Positions 38,900-51,200 of a stretch of DNA of 64,000 nt are shown here, piece by piece. The notes below the pieces were generated by a model, which did not search any database, was not told where the DNA came from, and saw only the letters and a program-made list of their open reading frames with translations. The stretch lies in the NCBI GenBank assembly GCA_016748015.1, contig JAAOMT010000531.1:434001-498000 (forward strand), given 5' to 3'. The stretch comes from Geosiphon pyriformis uo1. Lineage: Eukaryota > Fungi > Glomeromycota. Position numbers and translations under genes: made by a program. The first letter of the stretch is position 1. Each line of letters begins with the position of its first letter.

Positions 38900-39544
38900 T
38901 TAAAACTTAATAAATAAAAAAAAATGCAAACTTATAACTCCACTTATATAAATTGCTCGTGGATGAATGCTCGTTATCGTTGTTGTTGTTTCCGAGTCGT
39001 TCTTTACTACTTCTTTTGCATATGTATCTGATTTCGCAAGCTCTGAATTCGTAAACGAAAGTTCATACAACTTCTCGTAAAATTTGGCAGTCGGGTGACT
39101 CAATGGATTAACACCCCAACACTTGACAATTATTTCAGCAATACAAGGTGGCTTTCCTGTTGCTAATTCCCATAATAATATGGCAAAACTATAAATATCA
39201 CGAGCTGTTGTAAACTTTTCTCCTCTTAAAACTTCTGATGGAATGTATGGAATAACTCCATATATCTTTTTTTCCCGATATTGCTTTTCCTGTTGTTGTT
39301 GTTGTTGCTGTTGCCATTGTTGCTTCATTGTTTACTGGTTGACATAATCCGAGGTCTCCAATATTTATCTTACAAGTACTTCATTGTAGGATGTTGCCCG
39401 AGTGTATGTTACGATGAATCATACCAAAAGAATGAATTGAATCAAGTCCTCGAGCTATATCATACGTGATCCTAAATTTTTTTCCAAATTTTTATAATGA
39501 AAATTTGTTGATAAATATTTTCGCATGTCTCCATGTTCTACAAA
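38900..39544 (-). pseudogene. TKL kinase copy B, pseudogene
   Basis: 5'-truncated (no Gly loop or VAIK). IHRNIHSGNILQ is followed by TGA, a frameshift follows the ACA tract, and ~29 aa are deleted (GKPP^CIAEII). Confidence 0.88.
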
Positions 39545-39692
39545 TAAGAATTAATTATAATCTTGAATAATTTCAAAAATAAAATTGGTCAGAGTATTGG
39601 AGCGGGTATCTTTTCTCATGTGTCATCGTTGACCGAACTAATTGGTGTAGTCGACAACATTGGTTACCTTTGTATAGTGTAGTCTTGATTTA

Positions 39693-40433
39693 ATATGGGG
39701 GATTACGCAAAACGCTGAAACACTCGAGTATGGAATGGTAATGTATTTTGACGAACATGGAGACATGCGAAGATATTTATCAGCAAATTTTCATTCTACG
39801 AGTTGGTCTGATAAATTAGAGATCCTGTTCAGAATAGCTCAAGGACTTGATTCAATTCATTCTTCTGGTATGGTTCATCGTGACCTACACTCGGGAAACA
39901 TCATACAATATTACTATGACGGGATATCTATTGGAGACCAGGGATTATGTCAACCTACAAACAATGAAGCAACAACAACAGAAGAGAAAAAGATATATGG
40001 AGTGATTCTATACATTCTACCAGAAGTTTTAAGAGGAGAAAATTTTACATCGGCTTCCCCACTTATTCCACCTTCTATCGCTGAACTCATTGAAAAGTGT
40101 TGGTATGTTAATGCTGAGAGTTGTCCTACTGCCGGAGAAGTTGACGCGGTGTTAGGTAAAGTTTAGCGCAAGAATTCCGAGTTTGAAAAATCAGATAAAT
40201 ACGAAAGAGAAATGTTGAAGAAAGACTCTACAACAAATTACTCAACAACGACAACAACGCGCATTCATCTAGGAGTTTAAACAAGAAATGCGACGAGATA
40301 ACAAACCCTCGACAACGACAACCTCAGCAACAGATTGTTTAACAAAAAATTTTCCAAGATAATAATTCATCTAGCATTCTATACAAGTCATCTTTTAACT
40401 GCACAGACCGTTGATTTTTCAAGCTTTATATAA
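39693..40433 (+). pseudogene. TKL kinase copy C, pseudogene, inverted relative to A and B
   Basis: Starts mid-domain (GITQNAETLEYG). It keeps VHRDLHSGN, has DQG instead of DLG, lacks subdomain IX (ENFT^SASPLIPP) and has a premature TAG at 40164. Its 3' flank to ~40835 is the reverse complement of the kinase A flank at 28957-29330. Confidence 0.88.
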
Positions 40434-42842
40434 TTTATAAGTGATAAGTTTCATAATTGATTAATTTATTAGGTAAATTAATATGCTAACTTTCTTTTAT
40501 TTGAATTTTCCAATAGACTTTATCTACCTTCCTTAAAGTAGTATCTTTTAATTTTTAATATAATAAATTATTTTAATTTTCAAATTGCTTCATCATAAAT
40601 AAAACAATTTAAATCTATTGCTTGAAATTATCTAATATATCAAAATAATTCTTATATTGAATTATTTTCTTTTTAACCTTAGAAATATCGTGATTATCAT
40701 TAAATACCAATGTTATATTATAAATTACAATGAACTTTGTTATTTTCATATGTGATTTGATTAATTAAAGGTAGAGCATTAACCCTCTATGAAATTAAAA
40801 TTCAACATCCTTGGGTATTAATATCAATCCTATCAAACGATAATGGCGAAAAATAAAATTTCCAAAAGTTGAAAACAATAATTTAATATTCGGTCAATCA
40901 AAAATTGAAGATTATTTTAATTTTATAAACTTAATTACTACACAAAAATAATTCTTTTCTTAAATTGGTAAAAATCAATTGAAATAATTTGATCAACTTT
41001 CAATTTTTATAAATTTTATCTAAATAATTAAAGTTTTTCAAATTTTTAGAAATGAAAAATTATATATGCTCATAACAATAATTTTCTATTTTTTTCCTTT
41101 AATGCTAACAATTTTAGATTTTTTTGTAAAAATTCTAATTTTAATTTTTAAATATTAAATAATAAATAAATTTAAACATATAAAATAAAATAATTAATTA
41201 AAACAATATTATCAAATTTATTATTTAACCAATAATCAAAACATGATATTTTATTAGAACAAATTTCAGAAAAAAATTTCAAAAATTGGTTTAATTAATT
41301 ATATAAATTAATGATATTAAATATTGCAAAACAAAATTAATCAATTAATCAATAAATAAATAAATAAATAAATAAATAAAATAAAATAAAATAAATTTTT
41401 TAACATAAAATAAATTACATTTTATTTTGAAATTCAAACTGTAAAATATTTAATGCGCATGAGATACATTTACTTGAGAACATATATTTTGTTGTATTGT
41501 GATAAATAGTGGTTGGGTCTCGTTCGTTAAACAAAAAAAAAATATTTAATAAACTTTTTTATTTTTTTCAAATTAAAGCTTTTATATAAGGTAAAAAGGA
41601 AGTATTTTGGTTAATGGAGGTATTGCGGAGAAAAGAATCTTGTGAAAAAGTTAGCAAAATAAATTCTTGTGTAAGAATAAGACGCGAGAAAGTATGACAT
41701 TTTCTCACTTGAACAAATGATATCTTTTATCACAAATTATTAACTTCGCCACAATTTCATTCATCAATATACCCCTTTTTATCTTGTATTTAATATATAT
41801 TAGTTATTATTATTTTCAGTTTTTTAATAAATGTTTAATTATATTATAAAAGTATTAAAAAATAAATTCTCTAAGATTTATTAATTAATATTTATTTTAT
41901 AAAAGGAGATAATAGTGTTATATATATTTTTTTATAATTAATTTAACATAAATCAACAAAAAAAAATCAAAATCAAAATCAAAATCAAATATTTGTTTTA
42001 GACAAATTAAGATTAAAAAGTTGTGATAAAATTCATTTATTCAGAAAAAAAACATGTATTTTATTTGAAAATTAAAAAATTATAATATTTTAAATTATAA
42101 TATATATATATATATATTAAACCTCAAACTTCCATTTCAATTTCAATTTTATTAAATAAATTTCTAGTTTAAATAATTTATTATTTTATAAAAACTAAAA
42201 AATCTTGATTTTTTTTAAAAGAAAATCAAAATAAGAAAATAACGATTAAAACTAATTCGAATTTATTTTTCGTTTTTTATCAAGATGTTTTCCAGATATT
42301 ATTTTCAAAATTTATAATAGTTTCAATTTAATATATAAATAAAAATTTGAGGATCAATTCTATATGAATCAAATAAACATTTCTTTTTTTTTTTTAGAAG
42401 CAGTTTATAATTTATTTTATTCCTTGAATTAAAATAAATTTATTAAATATTTTTTAATAAATTAATTAAATATTTTTATTTATTAAATATGTAAATATTT
42501 TAATTAGTAAAAATTTATTTTAATTTGATTATGTTTATTACAATTTTATTTTTTAATATAAAAATAAAAATAAATTTTTTACTTTTATTCAAATAATTAA
42601 AAAACAATATTAAACAAAAATGAAAATAAAAAACAATATATAATTTTTATTACTTATATATTTATGTTAAAAACATATTAATGTTTTTTTTAATAATGTA
42701 TTAAATGAAATTAAATTTATTAAAAAGTAATTATATATTTCATATTAGATATATAATTATTTTTATTTTTATTTTGATAAATTATGAATAATTCAATTAT
42801 AATTTTTTGCAAAATAGCATTTTTCAATAAAATTACAATATA

Positions 42843-42885
<43 letters not shown>

Positions 42886-43641
42886 GTTATTGTTATTATT
42901 ATTATTATAAAAATAATTAAAGAGACAAAAATTAAGATTAAAGCATAAAAAATACAAAAAAAGAATTTTTTCATTAATTTTATTATTTATAAATTATAAA
43001 AAATGATATAATAGTAACAAAATTCATTTTAATTTTTTAAATATTTCTAATAAAATGTTTAAAGAATTGAACAAATTTTTATTTTTACTTAAAAAATAAT
43101 AATAATAATAATAATAATAAAATATTGAAAATTCTTATGAATTTACATTTTCCAAATGATAAAATTAGAAAAAAAAAAAACCGTTAATTCAACTTTTAAA
43201 TTTTTTTAACCACTAATCTAATATCGTTCCATCACAAATAACCTCAAATGATGAAACTTTTTGTACAAATTAATCAGTGTTCTTTATTAAATTGATAATT
43301 TAATTTTCGAAACCGAATCAAGGATTGCTTATTAAAAAGAATAAAGCTTATTCGATATTATGATGGCATGATGGCATAATTTTATATTAAATTTATTTTT
43401 CAGTACAACAAGTTATAATGATGATTTCAAAACAACGTTTTTGATCCTCGTTTTAATATTTGTCTAGGAATAATATAAATTCTTGTACCCACCAAAGGAT
43501 CTTCAGTTCTTTTGTTTATCATGTTGGTTGCAAATCATTTCAGTAGTCATGTTATTTTGGAAAAACTTGTGAAATATGGTTAGCAAAGTGTACATTGTAT
43601 TCCAATTATGATAAACAGCAGCGATACCAACAAAGACAAAT

Positions 43642-43673
43642 ACTACGACAACAACTACAACAACAACCACAGC

Positions 43674-43743
<70 letters not shown>

Positions 43744-43757
43744 CCAACAACAACAAC
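43642..43757. repeat. (CAA)n microsatellite
   Basis: Directly visible; it produces the spurious poly-V and poly-N ORFs. Confidence 0.95.
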
Positions 43758-46700
43758 ATTAATATATACATTGATGAAATAAATAAGTCTAGTAGCTTTA
43801 CAAGGTAAGGGTTTATATTTGTTCACCAGTTCAAGCAATGAGGAATATGACTTTTTTCTTTTGTACACAAATTTGAAACTCTGGGGGGACGCCAAAATGT
43901 GATCTCATGTTTCCGGAGAAAATCATATTTGCTTTCACTAGCCACAACATGTCAGCTGAACTTTTTAGTGCCACTTTTATAAAAGGTTTAATGAATGCAG
44001 GCGTATCATTGACAATTTATTAGCCAGTTATGAATCAAATGTCCGGATTTAGTGACGCACGTTTTCTCTTGGCTGTAAACGTGTTAGTTTAAAATATAAT
44101 AATCAGATTACATAAATCTTTGAATTAAAAAATAAAATAGTGGGGTACTGATATGCGTCATTGTTACATTGTACCTTTGTCTATTAAAATTGGTTATTCC
44201 AAAAAGAAAAAAAGAATTGGATTTGAGCTGCTAGAAAAGGAATGAATGAATGACTAAAAATACTTGTTGTTTTTGTGAACATTAGAGAATGGAATTTTTA
44301 AAACTATCTTTTTTATTATTACATATGATTCGAGGATCGTGGTGAAAAATGAAAAACTTCGATCAACATTAAGGAAATTTTGTACATGTACAAATCTTTT
44401 TACTTGTTAAACAAAATAAAAAACAAGAAACAAACCATATCATCAGCACCGAATATGTAGAGATTTACGATGCATTAATTCAAATTTTTGGGAGAGGGAT
44501 TGGTCGCAAATCTTTTCACACAACATCGTCGTCGTCATCGTCTTCGTCGATGGTAATTCGGTAGGATATTTTTTGAGGGGATGAGGGACAAGATTTGATG
44601 ATATTGAGTTTTATGATTGAACGTATCATTCATATGTCAAAAACATGGACTAATTTCTAAAAGTAACAAATTGAATTTTTTCATCATTACTGCTAACCTA
44701 TATTACCCATTACCCCTTAGATGAAATTAAAGACTTTTTTTCCGATCGATCTTTGTTTCTCATTTTTCCGAATGTAATCCAAAAACGACTGGCCTGGCAT
44801 AGATTACAAAATTGATTTGCGGATTTTCATGGAAATCTCCCGATTGGATATTTTAATTACATGCAAAATTTAAATGTTTCACATTTTTTGATGAACTTCT
44901 CAGATGTTCCAATTGCCACATGTGTTTTTCTAAATTAGGTTATTCATTATAGTAGAAAGATGGGCTGCGTAATGGGGTCAACTGGTTACAACTTTTATTA
45001 CATTGACCACTTTTACCTTACTTAGCGAAAAAAAATCGAAGCTCGTGTTCAGTGTTCTTTGGGTACAATGGTTTTACCGAGTCTTTTTACTCGAGCGTGC
45101 ATGATCAAATGGTATCAAGAATAACGAATAGAATGGTGAAAAATTTTCTTTTTTTTTTTTTTAAAATAATAAACAAATAAATTATTCTTGGTCGATAATT
45201 TGGATTAAAACTCAAAAAAAGGTTTGCGATTCACACTTGAATCGAGGAATTATTAAAAAAAAGTTTTTTTCCCAACTATTACATTATTGAAAATCTTTGA
45301 ATCAATCATTTTGAAAAGAATTAAAAACAAAAACAAAAAACATTATTTTAAAATTAATTTTTTTTTTGAATATGCATACAAATTAAAGTAATCAAATTTA
45401 ACAACGATTAAGTTTTTTTTTTTGGGAAAATAAGGTTCATTCAAACCAAAGATAATCATTTTAAAATTTTCTAATTATTATTAAAAAAATTTTAATCCTG
45501 CTAAAAATAATCCAATAAAGTAATTTTCATAGTATTTCATAAATAAAATTAAAAATACATTTATAATCATAATCAATCAAAAAATTTAATTCAAAAAATT
45601 TTATTAATTAAAAGTATTTATTTAATACTTTTTAATCCTTATTTAGGGTTACAAAAGAGAGATATATATATATATATATTTTTACAAAATGAAAAAAATA
45701 AGGAAGAATAGAAAAAAAAAATAAGTTTTCACAGAATTAAAATGAATATCGATTGATTTCTAACAAAAAATTAATTTTTCATAAATTATATATTAAATAG
45801 AGATTGTAAAATCATTTTTTAGGCTAAATTGAGTGAGTGAATGAGTGAGTGAGTTGTATTTCATTTCCAATCTTGATACGTTTTTTTTTAAAAGTCTGAA
45901 TTCTAAATTATTTAATGCATATACGGAAAAACTTTCAAAAAAAAACTTAATTCACGATTTCAATCACCCTAACTATATGTTTGATTAAAAATAACTTTGG
46001 GCTATTTGTGAAAAAAATGATTGTGACTCGAAAAAGAGACGCAAAACTAAATGTATTATTCTCCAGATCGGTAATTTATTAAAAACCTATAGAAAAATCT
46101 CCCAAAGAAATACCCTATCTATATATATATTCATGAAGTACAATGCATCATAATCCCCCAGAAAATCCAATAATAACATACGTATATTGTAATGTGCTGA
46201 CAAAATTTCTTAATACGCATTACTAAAATAAATTTCACTTTTTCTTTAGAAATTTTTTTAAATTATGAAAAACAATAATTTCATAAAATAAGCATCTCTC
46301 TCTCTCTCTCTCTCTCGAAAATTGAAATTTCTATTGTAATTTAAATTTTTAATAAAAAGCAGAAAACCCTTTTACGTTTCATCTATTTCTTAATATTGTA
46401 ATGCTTATGTACTACTAAAATTGTACATAAGATCATTAGAAGAAGGAAATTTCCATTGCTTAAACTGCGTCGCCAGAGCGATGTAAGTATAGATAAATGC
46501 AACAAACAATTTTTTGGAAATGATATCTACCAGACGTTCCCACCGGGCCACGCTGAGAAATTATTTAGTTCTCAAAGGCAGGCTCGGTAACGAAGAAGAA
46601 GAAGAAGAAGAAGGGAATCCTGTGAAGCTATTGCCAACCAAGTGGCATATGTAATGTACTTTTGGTTTTTCTTGAATGCGTAGAATTAAGGCTGTTGTTC

Positions 46701-46952
46701 CACGAAAATGAATGAGTAATGTAACAAAAAATGATCCCTTTTGGAGTATGCGCAATTTTACTTGTTTCTTTGTGGGAATAGAAAAGTTGATACACATTTT
46801 CAGCCGTGACAAACATTATCTATGGCGTAATAAAATATTTGGATGTCTAATTTTTAGCGTAAAAGTTCATTCGGTTATACATAACAAACACCGGGGAAAT
46901 TAATTCTTTTGATTATCTACAGAGATTTACACACACACATTGGTAAATCACC

Positions 46953-46987
<35 letters not shown>

Positions 46988-47797
46988 TACTCTATCTAGG
47001 AGGAGTCATAAAATTTTGTAAGATGATTAATTTAATTTTTGAATGAATATGAAAATTTTCATCAAATACCTGCTTTTCTTCATTCAGACAGATTTAAGAT
47101 TGGAGGGGGGGTGGTTTCTTTATCCCTTTTGTCGGAATTTTCCTTTTTGCCGATCCTGGTATCTTTAGCCGAATGGCTGTTGACATTAGGTGTGTTGAAC
47201 TGATAAAAAGATTCAAAAAATATGTATATATGTTTCAAAAACTGAGAAATAATTATTAATCTAAACTTTTTTTTTTTTTTTTTAAGAAAGCCAAGGCAAA
47301 TCTCAAAGGACCAACCAAAGAAATTGGTATGCATGTATGGTATGTATGCAATGTAAATCCTCCAATCCGATAATAAACAATGCAGATAACATTGACAAAA
47401 TAGTTCATTTATTTCCGAAAATATAGTATGCGGAAAAACATTATGCATATCGTTCCCAATCAAAAAGGTTTTCAGGTTGATCTACCGTGCATTTTTCCGT
47501 TAAATTAGCTTTTCGAGTCTCTATACTTTTTGTTGACTGGGCAAGAAGCAGTAGTCTAAACATAGTCAGCCTTCTAAGCATACATATCGGGGACACAGTA
47601 AGCCTATTCTAAGCCGTTCTTTTCTTAAAAAAGCTTTGGTCAACAAGCACGGACTTTTGAGCATGTGTTCTGTTTATCACATCATTGATTTCCCAGTAAA
47701 AAGAATTACCATCCGAGTTTTATTGAAAATAATAAATTTTTTAAATGATGTTTCATCTATTCAAGAAATATTCAAAATTGATGTTATAATAAAATTG

Positions 47798-47843
47798 TAA
47801 TAATAATAAAATAATAATAATAATAAAATAATAATAATAATAA

Positions 47844-47897
<54 letters not shown>
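47798..47897. repeat. (AAT)n microsatellite
   Basis: Directly visible. Confidence 0.95.
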
Positions 47898-47899
<2 letters not shown>

Positions 47900-49060
47900 A
47901 TCGAACTCTCTCTATCTATTTGATGACAAACTGTATTACTAAAAAATTTATGGCTCATCGGGTTTACAATTTAGCAAGCCCATTAATGTATCTATAACAA
48001 TTATCACCTATCTATTTTGGCAAAGCAATGCAAAACGGCGTTGAAAGGCTGTGTGTCTATAGATAAAAAATTTTCAAGTTTTAATATATTAATTTAAAGT
48101 AATTTGAGGGTCGTTTAACCTTTGATATCTTACTGGTTGACATTCATGTTATTAACAAGATGTTAAAATAATCCAATACTTTTTTGAAACACAAATGAAT
48201 TACAGCATTCAAAATATTTTGAACGCCCAAAAAAGTTTTCGGCATTTCGGATAGTCTATTTTACCAAGTTACAAAAAAATAAAAATAAAAAAAAATAAAA
48301 AAAGATTTATCTGGATACAAAAAAAAAATTAAAAATTCCGAAAATTTTTTCTCCGGATTTATTCCGTTCAATTAAACCACCATCTATCAGTAAAATTTTA
48401 AAACATGAAAAAAGCGTGTTAATTGCATCATCATTTTTATGTTGTATCATACATGTGAACAGTTATTTAAATTAAGTTAAACAATTCGTCGGAGATTTTT
48501 TTGCTGATAGACTTTTAAAAAAATATTTTTTATTGGTCCTTTTTTAATGATTATGAAGAAATTTGATTAAAAATAAAAAAAAAGTTTGTAATTAAAAGAA
48601 TAATCATCTTCAAAGCGTTATGATCAAAAAAGCTTATGTGAAAAAGTGAAAGAAAAAAAAAAAAAAAAAAAACTAAACGTCAAAAATTACCTAATTTAAT
48701 GATAATTAATATTTCAACTAAATTATATTTCAATCCATGATCGGAAATTTGAATTCAGCGATCTATGTGAAGGTCTGTGCCACTATAATATGAAAAATCG
48801 GTACAGATCATAAAAAAAACTTGAATGAAGATCAAAAAATCATTTATTCTACGATGCAATATTTTGTGTAAAATGAAATTTTATTGAAACTTTATAGTCT
48901 GTAAATTTCTGAGTAGTTTAAAACCTGATCCTACAGCTATTTTTACAGCTCAAATTAAGAAAATTGAAATTTCCTTTGCCACGATGCAACCGCAAATCTC
49001 TACCAATCACTGATCGACCTTATAAATTGTGGAGATCTGTCTTGTCTTTTATTCTAAGAA

Positions 49061-49095
<35 letters not shown>

Positions 49096-49175
49096 TTATT
49101 TATTTACAAGCTTAAAATAAAGTTTTAAATAACAATTTTTTTGTTTATCCTCAACTTCATAGCCATTTTTAATTT

Positions 49176-49227
49176 TTTACTTACTTATTTTACTTATTTT
49201 ACTTAGTTACTTACTTATTTTACTTAG

Positions 49228-49274
<47 letters not shown>

Positions 49275-49292
49275 GTTACTTACTTACTTACT
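49176..49292. repeat. (TTAC)n tetranucleotide microsatellite
   Basis: Directly visible. Confidence 0.95.
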
Positions 49293-51200
49293 GAAACTAT
49301 CCCTATTACGTAGATTTTCTAGGAGTGAATGATTTTAAAGGTCAATTAAATTTTTTCGATTAATATACCAAATTTGAAAGTGATTGAAAATTTTCATGAA
49401 AAAAAATGGGATCTCCTCCTTTAATTCATAATTCAATAAATCAATTGGTTTTTTCTTTCTAAAAAAAGAGAAACGAAAGCCTATCATTTATTAAGTAATT
49501 TATTAATCTGCCCCTAATCGGCACAAGTGAATTCAATTTTTTTTTTCTTTATGAATCAAAATGTGTTTTATCATTTATTCTTAATATCAGTTTCAAAATG
49601 TTAAAAATTAAATCCGATTTTTTTATTGATTGAAGAAAAAAAAAATAAAAAATAAAAAAATAAAAAATGAAAACGACTCTTCCAATATAAAAGCTTCCAT
49701 TTAGGGGATATCTTAATATTTCAAGGTTTAAGATATTTTAGTCCTTATCATTAATCTTTTATTAAATCATTAATCCTCCTTTACTCCTTCCCTCCATGAA
49801 TATTGATTAGAACATATTTACGTTCAGAGTTTTTTATCCGAGGAGTTCATTTACCAATTAGTAGCCAAGTTGTCCATTGAAAATTTACAAATAATTATTG
49901 GTTTAAAACAAATATATTCTTTTTAAAATTATTCAATAAAATTATCAAGTCCACTGAAATGATACTCCCTTATTCATCTTTCACTTGGTAGATATATATA
50001 TATATATATATATATAGATATATATATATATTACAAATATTAATTTACGTTTTAAAGTCTCACATTCAAATTTTTAAAATACAATATAAATATAATAAAG
50101 GCTTTAGTGTGAGTTGGGGATTTCTAAGCAATGAGTAATAAAAAGAAATCTTTGCTCCTGGGACCATGTCTCGATGATCGTGCTTTAACCTGTCGTGAAT
50201 CAGAGAGGATTATATAAGGTCTCTAAAAGATAGTCTATCAGTATTTAATCACTGCTTATTTGTGTTTCTTTAAGTGATTGATAGGAAAATTTAATAAACC
50301 TATCAAGAAATACTATTACTTTAAAGCTCGTTGAGGTGTTATTCTCAACTTAACTCAAATGATTTTTATTTTATTTTCTATACACTAATAAAAATTTATC
50401 ACAAATTATAAAACATTTATCTTTATGACGTAAGGGAACGTTTTGAATCTATACATATATACCTTTTTTCTGATATCAACTATATGAAATCAAAGGTGTA
50501 ATAATTTCAAAAAAAAATAATAATCTTTGTACAAAAAAAGAATTTCCAAAATTTAAAACTTATTTCCACATACATCAATATCATCATTTGATTGCATCCT
50601 AGTTCCATGTAATGTAAACGATAATCTAAATTAGAGAATATGTTAAAAATACTTTTTTTATTATTTTTTAAACTAAAAATTTATTGTTTCACAGATTACT
50701 TTGCAGTTTCTATATAATGAGTCCAACAATTCGTAGCTTTTTCTTTATTTCAACCAACTTGCCATAACAACAGTTGTGTGTGGGTTGCAAAAAAAAAAGT
50801 TATATATATATTTATTAAAAGATATTTCTCGTTTCTTTTTTGTATTCCTGGTTTAGTTAGCTTCTTTTTTTTTTTTTAGTTTCAGAGCTCTCCCAAGTCT
50901 GGATATATATATATATTTATATGCATATATCTTGAAAAAAATATTCATCATATTTACTATTCTTCTTTGTTTCTTTTTAGCATAGTTTTTTTTTTTTTTT
51001 GTTTGTTTGTTTGATCTCTTTTTTAACCAGAATTTTTAATCTCGAACAGTTATTCTTTTTTGACCTCAAAAAAATTACATTCTTTTCCATAAATACTAAC
51101 TTTTCGAATTTTCGAAAAATTACCTTTAAGAATTCACAAAAAATTTGTGCAAAAAGCCCTGAAAAAACCCTATCCTTCAAAATACGATCCCAAAGCAACT

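Larger units (their letters stand above)
35099..39544. repeat. Segmental tandem duplication, copy B
   Basis: Same orientation and gene order as 25095-30213; the kinase is 5'-truncated at ~39544. Confidence 0.92.

Noticed and set aside
33198-39679. CACTA...TAGTG as a CACTA transposon capturing cassette B
   Set aside because: Complementarity does not extend beyond 5-6 bp, and there are no subterminal repeats or 3-bp TSD.
42720-47958. Short ORFs with poly-I, poly-V, poly-N, poly-Y or poly-K
   Set aside because: They are translations of (ATT)n, (CAA)n and homopolymer tracts with no domain signal.
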